NCBI RefSeq assembly: GCF_009914755.1
Contig: NC_060940.1
Length of the DNA: 64,000 nucleotides
Reading direction: 5' to 3' (one strand)
Origin: the human T2T-CHM13v2.0 reference genome, Homo sapiens
This document shows positions 1 through 64,000 of this stretch, piece by piece. Every line of letters starts with the position of its first letter. Positions within the stretch are counted from its first letter, which is position 1. The translations under genes and the position numbers were made by a program. Below the pieces are notes generated by a model. The model was not told where the DNA came from and did no database searches. It saw only the letters and a program-made list of their open reading frames with translations.

Positions 1-108
1 GGTTCAAGCGATTCTCCTGCCTCAGCCTCCCAGGTAGCTGGGATTACAGGCATCTCCCACCATGCCCAGCTGATTCTGTTGTAGTTGTTGTTAGTGCTTT
101 TTTTTTGA

Positions 109-292
<184 letters not shown>

Positions 293-2374
293 TAGCGAGG
301 ATGGTCTCGATCTCCTGACTTCGTGCTCCGCCCACCTCAGCCTCCCAAAATGCTGGGCTTACAGGCATGAGTCACTGCAACCAGTCGAGTTTTTAATTTT
401 TTTTAGTAGAGACGGGGTTTCCCCATGTTGGACAGGCTGGTCTCGAACTGCTGACCTCAAGTGATCTGCCCACCTCAGCCACTCAAAGTGCTGGGATTAC
501 AGCGTTAGCCACCGTGCCTGGCCCAGCCCTCGGTTTATTTTTTGTTTTATACAGGGCCTTACTCTGATGCCCAGGCTGGAGTGCAGTCGCACAATCACAG
601 CTCAGGGGATCACTTAAACCCAGAAGTTCAAGACCAGCTTGGGCAACACAGTGAGACCCCATCTCTCACTAGCTGGGTGTGTGGGTGTGCACCTGTGGTC
701 TCAGCTACTGGGAGGCTGAGGTGGGAAGATCACTTCAGCCTGGGGGACACAGTGAGACCTGTGTCATTTACTCAACATACATACCTACAGCCATACCCAT
801 GTGAAAAATTCTCACTTGTAACCAAGGAAGCTCAGAATGAGATTCCATGAGGCAATGGAGATGTCAAAGCACTGTCATGGTGTTCTTACAGTTCTAATAC
901 TTCTGTTTTACTAATACATATTTGAGCTGGGCGTGGAGGCTCACACCTGTAATCCTAACTGAAGTGGGCAGATCACTTGAGGTCAGGAGTTCAAGACCAG
1001 CCTGGCCAACATGGCAAAACCCCATCTCTACTAAAAATACATAAATTAGCTGGGCATGGTGGTGCACACCTGTAGTCTCAGCTACTCAGGAAGCTGAGGC
1101 AGAAGAACTGCTTGAACCCGGGAGGCGGAGGTTACAGTGAGCCAAGATCACGCTACTGCACTCCAGCCTGGACGATAGAGTGAGACTCTGTCTCAAAACA
1201 AAAACCAAAAACCAAAAAACAAAAAAAGAAACAAAACACACACCAAATATATATTTCATTCTCCCTTTCTTATGCAAAAAGTAGCATCTGAGACCGAGTT
1301 CAGTATTTTGCTTTCTTCACCTGGATATATATCCTGAGGCATCTCTGTGTTTCTAAGAGAGGATGGCCCTGTCTCCCCCAAGCCACCTGGATGCCTCCCT
1401 CCTCACCAGCTCCCAACTTCTCCATTGGCTGTGTGCCTCTCATGCCAACACCCAGTACTCAGTGTTTGGGGCCTGGGGTGAGTGGGGACTGTCTGGTGTG
1501 GCCAAGCGCCTAGGAGGGACTCTGTATCCCCGGAGTACCGAGTGCCTGCTCCCCGAGGCCCATGTCTGAGGTGTGGGATCCGCACAGCTGCCATCTGACT
1601 CCCTCTCCTTGCTCCACGTACATTTCTTGCGCCTCTTCTAAGTTCTCTGTTGTTCAGACCCTGTCATAATGTCAGATCTCCCCTTTCCCGCACAGGGTCT
1701 CCGGCACCGCAACAGGGCTCTGTCCCGACCTGGGCTACCTCTGCCCAAGAGACCAGAAGCTACAAGCCAAGCCCCAGCCAGCAACTCCCACCAGAGTCTC
1801 CCAGCCCTCTGTCCTGGCTTCCGCCTCTGAGTGGCAGCTGAAGGGATTCTGTCCTGGCTTCTGCCTGTGCGTGGCAGCTGCAGGGAGCCCTTGAGGCACT
1901 GAGCAGACCATTCTTAACCACAGGGTCCTTCCTCACCTCAGCACATGGCCCCATCTGCTGAGCCCTAGAGAAACAGCCCGAGGTGTACACACTGGGAAGC
2001 TACTCACCATGGGGTGCCGAAGAACCTGACCAGAGGGAGCTGGTCCAACCAAGGGCCAGACAAGGGACCAAGACAAAACAAAGCAGCTCTCACCAGGACA
2101 TCAAAGAATGCTTAACGATATAGACAGTTACTATCTACTATTAATTTCAGCAGTTTAGTATAATATGATCTCATTTTTATGAACAAAGAAACAAACGCAC
2201 GCATATTATAAACAAATGACAGATAAAATTCTGGAAGGATATATACCAAAATGCTAAAAAGTGGTTATCTTTGGGTGGTATGTCTGCATGTCTGTCTCTT
2301 CTAATTTTATCAAACGAGCATGTGTCACTTTTCGAGAGAGAGGAGAGAAGACGCGACTGTGGAAGAAGAGCTCA

Positions 2375-49177
<46,803 letters not shown>

Positions 49178-49295
49178 CTACAGCCCCGGCGGCGGCTCCC
49201 TGCGCCCGAGCCCGCGCTGCCTTCCTATTGGCTGCGGCCAGGCGCGCACACCCGTTGGCTGGCGGCGGCCAGGCCACGCCCCTCAGGTCGAGGCC

Positions 49296-49321
49296 TTGCG
49301 TCGTGGCCTTGCGTCGTGGCC
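49296..49321. repeat. 13-bp tandem duplication in FANCA promoter (GGCCACGACGCAA x2 on the minus strand)
   Basis: ttgcgtcgtggcc occurs twice back to back. Confidence 0.95.
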
Positions 49322-49472
49322 ATGTTGGTCCTGGGGGAGGCGCCTGCGCGCGGTGAGGTAGTTCTTGCGTTTGGCTTTGGCGCCGCGGTGTAGTCCGCGG
49401 GGGCGTCTCGCGCGGGCAGACTGCCGCCCCTCAAGCGTGGTTCCTGCCGGGAATGACTGGGGTTGGTCCTGA

Positions 49473-50030
<558 letters not shown>

Positions 50031-50559
50031 TGAGCCACCGCACCCGGCTGAGACCCTATCTTTTAACCAGCCTGGGCGGCAGAGCGAGACTCTGTCTCAA
50101 AACAAAACCAAACATAAGAATTCGTAAAAGCGAGTGCCTAGGCGAAGCTAATGTGCCTCAAAGTCCTGGGTAAGTAGAGGCCCTGGAGACCCGTCCGCAT
50201 CCTCTGGCAGTGGCCTTGGAACCACCGAAGGGATTCAGCCGAAGGGCCGCGTTCCCGGCAGGCGTCTTTATTGTGTTGATTACGTAGATGGCGTAGATGA
50301 CGTAGATGACGTTCAGCACCACAAACGAAGAGCCGAGGCACAGAGTGGGGCCTTGGATTCATGAGATGGGGATGGAGCAGAAATGAGAATTCGGAGTCCA
50401 TGAAACCCCCACAAAGACTCCTGCACGGCCCGACTCGGACACTTTGCAATCTGCTGGTTGAGGGGGATGGTGTGAACTCAGGGAACAGCCTGAGATCGCG
50501 CCGCTGCACTCCAGCCTGGGCAACAGAGCAAGACCCTGTTTCAAAAACAAAAAATAACA

Positions 50560-51105
50560 CTAAGCAATTAACAGGACTAGACTCAGAGGTGATCGAGAAA
50601 TTGAAACAGGCTGGAAATTTAAATTAACTGTGATTAATATGTGGAGGTCTCTTGTATGAAAGGTGAACAATATGCATGAGGAGGAAACTCATCAAATTAT
50701 AAGAAAGGAAGAACGCTGATAACAGGTAATTTTTCTGATGGGGCAGCAGTAGGATCAACACAGCTGAGAAAAATAGGAATTACCCACGTTGGAAAATAAA
50801 GAAGAAAAAAAGTTTTTTTTTAAAAAAAGCATCCAAGAACTGTGGGAAAATGTCAAATGATATCATATGCATGTAATAGGACTCCCAAAAGAAGAAGAAA
50901 GAACAAATCATAAAAAATGTTTGAAGAGAAAATTACCAATAATTTTCCCAAAATAATGAAAGACCTGAGCTCAGAGGACACACAAAACTTGATAAATATG
51001 AGCCCCTGCCTGACACATGCAGTGTATTCAAACTGTGGAAATCAGAGAGAAAACCATGAAGATGGCCGGAGAAAAAAGATACGTTAAATACAGTAACAAA
51101 GGTAA
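50560..51105 (+). mobile_element. Degraded L1 fragment (A-rich, ORF1-like)
   Basis: A-rich sequence with L1-like motifs (gaactgtgggaaaatgtcaaa...atgtaataggactcccaaaagaagaaga). Confidence 0.5.
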
Positions 51106-51212
51106 GAATTCCAGCCTGGGCAATATGGCAAGACCCCGTCTCTACAAAAAATACAAAATTTTTTTTTTGTATTTTTTGTATTGCCCAGTGTGGTGACACG
51201 AGCCTGTAGTCC

Positions 51213-52157
51213 TGTGGGCGGAGAATTACCCAGGTGCCGAGGCAAGAGACCGAAGGCACAAACTATTTCAGTATAATAAAATCGTTACAATAAGAACAGT
51301 CATAATACAAATTATAGAGATGATCATGGACAATTATCAATTATTATAAACATTAATCATTAGCTTTTAATATTACTCTTTGTTGCATTACTAATATAAC
51401 CTAGGAATAACCGGTGGGTATAGGGTCAGGTGCTGAAAGGACATTGTGAGAAGTGAGTGGAAGGCAAGAGGTGAACCTTCTGTCATGCCCGCATAAGGGC
51501 CGCTTGAGGGCTCCTTGGTCAAGCGGTAACGCCAGTGTCTGGGAAGGCACCCGTTACTTAGCAGACCATGAAAGGGAGTCTCCTTTGCTTGGAGGAGTCA
51601 GGGAACACTCTGCTCCACCAGCTTCTTGTGGGAGGCTGGATGTTATCCAGGCCTGCACGCAGTCATCCGGAGGCCTAAACCCCTCCCTGTGGTGCTTCAC
51701 TGGTCACGCTCCTTGTCCACTTTCATGTTCCTCCCTTACTTCTGGTTCGTCTTTGAAGTTCGTAGTAGATAGCGGTAGAAGAAATAGTGAAAGTCTTAAA
51801 GTCTTTGATCTTTCTTATAAGTGCAGAGAAGAAAATGCTGACGTATGCTGCCTTCTTTCTCTGCTTCACCTACCTGAAAGGGAAGGGCCCCCATCCTGTA
51901 ATCACGTGACATGCTTCACCTTGTCAATCACTTAGAAGATTCACCTTCCTTACGCTGCCCCCTTGTCATGTATGCAATAGATATCAAAGAGCCTAGCCGT
52001 TCGGGGCCGCTACCAGTCTCCGCGTCTTGATGGTAGTGGTCCCCGGGGCCCAGCTGTTTTCTCTTTATTTCTTGGTCTTGTGTCTTTATTTATTACAATC
52101 TCTCTTCTCCGTACATGGGGAGAACACCCACTAAGCCCCATAGGGCTGGACCCTACA
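51213..52157 (+). mobile_element. LTR13A-like solo LTR inserted inside an Alu
   Basis: TGTGGGCGGAGAATTACCCAGGTGCCGAGGCAAGAGACC...CCCTACA. Perfect 6-bp TSD tagtcc (51207-51212, 52158-52163) splits the Alu motif cctgtagtcc|cagctact. Confidence 0.88.
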
Positions 52158-54685
<2,528 letters not shown>

Positions 54686-56265
54686 GACCCATTCATTTTT
54701 AACCACCTTGCTTTATCTGTTCAAAAGAGAAACAAATTCAGCATGTGTAAATAACTCTGACCACCCTCAATAGGAAGCAGACAGGGCCTTGAGTATTTCT
54801 CTCATCTCCTGACTCAGAATCGCAGCGTGTGTGTCTCTCTTCACCATACCGCACGGGTCCTGCTCGCTGACCCAGCCCGCCTGCTGTCCAGGGCTTCCTC
54901 TGTCTCTGCTCTGGGACCTCCCCATGGCCACGCATTCCGCCGCATGGTCTGGATCCCTCGCGGTGTCTGGGTTCAGCCATGCTCAGCCTCTGTGTCGGTC
55001 ACCAGCCTAGAAACCCTGGAGCACCCCGGGCTGGAACCCTTCCCTCAGATCTGTCGTGAGTTCCCTTTCAGAGATCAAGCCCAGCCTGGCTCAGTCTTGC
55101 ACCCCTTGGGATCCACGGCCTGTATAGTTACCCTAAAATAAACACAACACAAAACCAGGGCTCTCAAATGTCTGCTTTTCCTCCTGGGCCCCTGAGCTCT
55201 GACCCTGCCTGGCTGCACAGACTGTGACAAAGAGAGTATTCAGGGGCCTCGGGGGTGCAGGAGGCCAGGCTGCTCACCAGTACAGTGTGCACATAATCCC
55301 TTGGGAGGAGCCAACCTTGTTTTTGAGTCTGAAATGGAATGAGTAAGGCGTGGCCAAAGAAACCTCTGCACTCCACTGGCCCCAGGTGAAGTGGCTCTGC
55401 CTGAGTCCAGATGGTGGAGGAGGCCTTTGACCTGAAGTTGACTTTGTGTCTGACTTGCTCTGACTTCTGTCCCAAGGCACTCAGGGTTCTTGCTATGCCA
55501 CCTTGTACCCTGGGGCCCTGCACTCCTCTCCTGAAATGAAGAACCCTGGAATTCTCTGTGTAATTAGAGCCACAGAACACCTGGGGAACCAGCGCCAACT
55601 TACCTTCTCAGCCTCCAGGAACCTACAGTTGAGATCTTCTAGGCTCTGTCTGTAAAGATGCTGAGAGGTATAATTCCTAGAGCTTTTTAATCTGTGGCCA
55701 ACTGCAGTCATGAGCCACACAGCCCCTCTGAGTGCACTGCCATGGTGTGGAGAAGATTTACAGCCCCTCAAAGGGCTCCGTCTGATATTATTCAAAGCAC
55801 CAAACACAGAGCATGGGCAAAAGCAAACATGACCAGTGGGTTCCTGATTGATGTCGGCACCTGGAGCCCTTCCCCACCTGCTGTGCTGGTCTTTGTTTCC
55901 TTGTGTATCGTTGCTCTGCCTGTAAGAACAGAGGGGCAGGCACCTACCTGGGGTTGCCCTGCTCTTTCCCCAGGCATGAGAAATCAGTGCCTGGTAAATT
56001 GGCATGAATGAGCAGCTGGTACCATGAGATAAACATTTTGGGGGTGTTTCTGTTAATGTGATAACTTGATAAAGTGATTGTCCAGCCCCAAGCACTGCTG
56101 GATTCATCATCATACTAAATGTCTCTAGTTTGTCCCCAAGCGGAGCAGCCCAGTTACTGATAATTTCCCTCTCCCAGGATTTCCTAATCTACTGGAAATG
56201 AAGGACAAGGAGCATGTTTTTAGATGCAGGCAATCCATAACTGTAGAAATGGCCTTGATCTAAAG

Positions 56266-56462
56266 CAAGCTTGTCCAACCCGCGGCCTGTGGGCTGCATG
56301 CGGCCCAGGAAAGCTTTGAATGCAGCCCAACACAAATTCTTAAACTTTCTTAAAACATTGTGAGATTTATGCACAGAGCTATTGTTAGTGTATTTTACGT
56401 GTGGCTCAAGACAATTCGTCTTCCAGTGTGGTCCAGGGAAGCCAAAAGATTGGACACCCCTG
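56266..56462 (-). mobile_element. MER30 (hAT-Charlie) non-autonomous DNA transposon
   Basis: Termini CAGGGGTGTCCAATCTTTTGGCTTCCCTGG and ...GGTTGGACAAGCTTG; 8-bp TSD atctaaag/ctctaaag. Confidence 0.85.
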
Positions 56463-56527
56463 CTCTAAAGCTTTCCAAGCTGACTTAATGACTGACCTAC
56501 ATCAATCTCTACAGTGCTTCTCGTTGA

Positions 56528-60020
<3,493 letters not shown>

Positions 60021-60499
60021 AAATCATTGTGGAACTTCTTTTCTGGGATGGGATCTCACTGTGTTGTCCAGGCAGGTCCAGAACTCCTGGGAGACCAGCG
60101 AACTTTAAGTGCCCCAAGTTTCACCTCGGACCTGCATCAGAATCTCCAGCCCTGGAGCCCAGGAATCTGCATTTCTTGCCCCCGGGTGGTACTGGCAGCA
60201 CCCAGGCTTGGGACCGTTTATGCCCCAACTGCATTTTCTTGCCCACTTATTCAGATCTGGCACAACTATGAAGAGGCCTCGGGATGAGCCCCAGCCGAGT
60301 TCCCCTTGCGTCCCTCAGGCAAACACCCAGTCTCCAGGAGTGACCCGGCCTGAAGACACAAACACGCCCCAAATGCGATGCACGCCATCACTGGCCAACC
60401 GTGTGTGTTTATTTTTCACGGACACCCTGGAGACGTCACTGCAGGCACATTCCCTGCTAGGCAGAGGCATTTATTAAGGGCTTCATACCCGAAGGCCGG

Positions 60500-61660
60500 A
60501 TGCGGGGAGTCGCCCTCACCCCAGCCACCCTGCGACAACCCCTGGAGGTCACCTTGCCCGGGGCTCGGGGAGGCCACTGCGGGCTTTGTCTGCTCAGCTC
60601 CTCCCGGCTCCCTCCCGCGTTCCCAGCGGCAAACCTCCCAGGCCCCCCGCGGTCACCGCAGTGTCCCGGGCTGGATGCCGGCCCGGGCTTTTGTGGGCAT
60701 CGGCCGTCTGGGTCTGCGGGGGAGCGCCGGGGGTGTCACCGCGTGTCCGAGCGCGCGGGCCCTGGCCCATGTCTGCAGCCCCCAACCCTCCCCACGGTCC
60801 TGCCCAGCACCCCGGAGGGGTTCGCACCCCGGCCTCGGCCCCGCGCCCCCGCGTCCCCAGCCCTGAGCCCCAGCCCCTCCGCACCTACCCGCGCCCCGCC
60901 CTGCCCCTCACCCGTCCCCCTCCGGGCCTCTCCCCGCGCGCCCTCCACTCCCCGCCCCGCCCCGCGTCCCTCCCCCTCCGCGCCCCGCCCCCCGCGCCCT
61001 CCGCGCCCCGCCCCCGTCGCCGCCCCGCCCCCAACCTGAGGCGCTCGCGCGGGGCGGGGCGGCCAGGCTGACCCTGCGCGGCGGAAGGCGCGGCTGCATG
61101 GACGCGGGTCCGGCGCGCGGGAGGCGATGACGGCCCCGCCATGGCCCGGGCGGGCAGCTGCGGCGGCGCCGCGGCAGGCGCAGGGCGGCCGGAGCCCTGG
61201 GAGCTGTCCCTGGAGGAGGTGCTGAAGGCCTACGAGCAGCCGCTCAACGAGGAGCAGGCGTGGGCCGTGTGCTTCCAGGGCTGCCGCGGGCTGCGGGGCT
61301 CGCCGGGCCGGCGCCTGCGGGATACCGGGGACCTCCTGCTGCGCGGGGACGGCTCGGTCGGGGCGCGGGAGCCCGAGGCCGCGGGTGAGGCCGGGGGCGG
61401 GGCAGCCGGCGGGGACCGCGGTCTGGGGCGTCCGTCCCGCCCCCTGGGTGGGGGTGGTCCCGGCGGAGAGGCTGCGACCGGTTCTGGAGCGGGAGATCCC
61501 CTTCTCTGCGGGACCCGGAGCTCCCTCCCTCCCACTCTCCGTCCCTCTTTCCCTCTCTCTTTCCTCCCTCCTTCTCTCCCTCCTTCCTCTCCCTCCCCGG
61601 CCCTGGACGTTCCCCTCCCGGACCCCCCCACCTGACGCCTCTCCCAGCGCGGAGCGGGCT
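60500..61660. promoter_or_regulatory. SPIRE2 CpG island with dense GC-box (CCCCGCCC/GGGGCGGGG) array
   Basis: GC/CpG-rich, with many Sp/KLF-type boxes at 60840-61060; boundaries approximate. Confidence 0.9.
61141..61384 (+). CDS. SPIRE2: Spire-type actin nucleation factor 2, exon 1 coding part (244 nt, start of KIND domain); remaining exons beyond the right edge
   Basis: Strong Kozak gccATGG; MARAGSCGGAAAGAGRPEPWELSLEEVLKAYEQPLNEEQAWAVCFQGCRGL; donor GCGG|gtgagg; lies in a CpG island; known FANCA neighbour. Confidence 0.95.
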
Positions 61661-63486
61661 GCTCCCCAGTGGCCTGGCTTCCTCCGGGAGAGGGACTTGG
61701 GCCGGTGGCTCAGGGAGCACGGAGCTGGCCTTTGCTGGGGCGACTCCTCCCCTGCCTTCAGCAGGAAAGGAGACAGAAGCGTCCCCTTGGGGCATTTTCT
61801 CCTGGGTGGAAGGTGGGGGGCTGCGCCTCACTTGGCGTCTGAACTGACACTAAATTCCTGGGTTTAACTGGGAGAGGAAGGGGTGTGTAAAGTTGGGGGG
61901 ACAACCTGCTTGGTGTTTCTATTCTTAACCATCAACCAGAACCAACAATTAAGCCCTAGAAAGATACTTGAAGTTAGTGAGAATGGTGAGCTTAAGTGAT
62001 TATTTACCCTTTACGAAAAAAACCGAAAGTGATTTCTTCCCTGGAGAGCTGGAGTGCTGGCTTGGAGCATGTGATATGACCCCAAAAGCTGGTACCCTGC
62101 CGGGGGGCAGAGGCAGGCTGTGTGTTTGCCGCACTCTCTCCAGGCCTGAGAGCTGTGGGTTTGCATGAGCAGGCCTATGTGGAGGACCAGGAAGGGCCAG
62201 GGCAAGGCCAGACAGAAGCAAGCTACAGAGCCACGAGGGGTGGGGGCCGTTGTGCCCCACCCAAGGGCCCTTGTTCCTTCACCAGGTCCTGCTCATCCTG
62301 GAGCCCCCCCCTCAGCTGCCTCCACACTCCTGCCATTTGCAGTATCCCACACAGGTGACAGCAAGAGCAGGCCCTGAGGTTTTACTCCCTCTGGAGAAAC
62401 CTGAGGCGCAGGCTTGCGCTGGCACTCAGACAGTGGCAGCGTTCAGATTCACTGTGGCGTCCCTCAGGGCTGTGCCCACTGCCGCCCAGAGGGTGGGGTG
62501 AGACGGCAGGTGCATGGGGCCCAGGAGGCTGCATGCTCACAGAGCCTCTGTGAAAGGGTGCCTGGACTTCACCCCATTCCTGGAGATAAGTGCAGAGCAG
62601 GAGGGGGCTGTAGGCAGCCTGGTTCGTCTGACCCTCTGACTGTAAAGATGGGGAAACCGAGGAACACAGTGGTAAGTGGTTTGCCGGGTGGTTAGAATCC
62701 AGAGCTCCTCATTTGTCCTAGCTGTGCGGGAGCCCAGCCGCCTGCTTCCTGTTGGTGCTGTGCAAGGCGTCCTCAGAGCAGTGATCTGATTCTCTCCACC
62801 TCCATCCCTGGGTGGTGTGGCCCCTTCCTGGTCCTCACAGCCCCGGCAGCAGTTCCTGGCTGGGGTTCAAAGTTCAGGTAGGGCACTGTGTTGACCTTAG
62901 GGGGTGGTACCCACCTGTGGTCCAGTTCATTTTTTATTTGATAACGATCTTTGTTTTCTGTTCATAACCCTGTCTCATGAAGGCGAATGAGTTTTATGAC
63001 TTGCTCTCTCTTGAAGGTTTAAGAAAAATCTATTACCCTGAACTTTCTGTGCCATCCTTGTGGTGCTTCTGAGTCAGCTGAGACATCAGGCCTGCTGTCT
63101 CCTCAAAGGTGGCTAACCCAGCCTTTCTCTGGGACTTAAGTGATAAGTAAATACATTAAAAGATGCATACTTATTTCTCCCTGTAGATATCAATAGGAAA
63201 ACATCCAATCTCACTTGTTGGCATTGTAGTCTCAGTTTTTTACTCCAGTTGAATTTCTCAACCTGTAACCTTGGGTCTTCAGTACCCACCCTCTCACACA
63301 AACTGAATATGGGCAGTAGGTGTGTAAAACAACTTTGAAAAAAACCAACAACAAACTAGACCATACTTAGGAGGATGAATAATATTATCTTAGCACACAA
63401 GTAGTAATACTTCTCATTTCCAAGCCAAGATTAGGAAAAAAATGACTAGAAGAGACTTCCTAATCTTTACTCTGAAGACTTTGTAA

Positions 63487-63702
<216 letters not shown>

Positions 63703-64000
63703 TAGCCAGGATGGTCTCGATCTCCTGACCTCGTGATCTGCCCACCTCGGCCTTCCAAAGTGCTGGGATTACAGGCGTGAGCCACTGCGCCCAGCTGGGT
63801 GGTTTCTCAAATACATCTCAGACGTGGTGCTAATGAGGGTCTGTGTGGTCCATGTGCAAGGTGGGTGGGATGGCCCTTCCTTCCGTCACCTGCCCTCTTC
63901 ACCCTGATTGGCTACTTTACACGTGACCCTATTTTTTGAATGTTTTTTCTTGTCAACTTTGGATGCTAAACTTTTTTTCTTTCTTTCTTTTTTTTTTTTT

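Overview
This is human-like (hominid) genomic DNA from the FANCA-SPIRE2 head-to-head locus. FANCA lies on the minus strand, and its coding exons 1-26 can be mapped at base resolution from the ATG at 49166 down to 2376. Those exons give 2504 nt of continuous in-frame CDS (about 834 codons), and the rest of the gene continues off the left edge. SPIRE2 exon 1 (KIND-domain N-terminus) starts on the plus strand at 61141. Each gene has its own CpG island, about 12 kb apart. The introns and intergenic DNA are extremely Alu-dense and also hold two LTR13-family solo LTRs, a 5'-truncated SVA with target-site duplications (TSDs), old L1 fragments, a MaLR LTR, MER30 and several short tandem duplications. 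FANCA encodes Ala266 and Asp809 and carries the two-copy 13-bp promoter allele, so this looks like a non-reference haplotype. There are no CRISPR, rRNA or intact tRNA genes, and I found no wholly new gene system. The best leads are regulatory: a 47-bp-arm hairpin in intron 6, a triplicated 3' splice site before exon 15, a paralogous copy of the exon-14 acceptor in intron 11, a stop/start-coupled uORF pair in the SPIRE2 leader, and sense-oriented retroelement poly(A) signals. Gene and repeat names come from my recall of the sequences; no database search was run.
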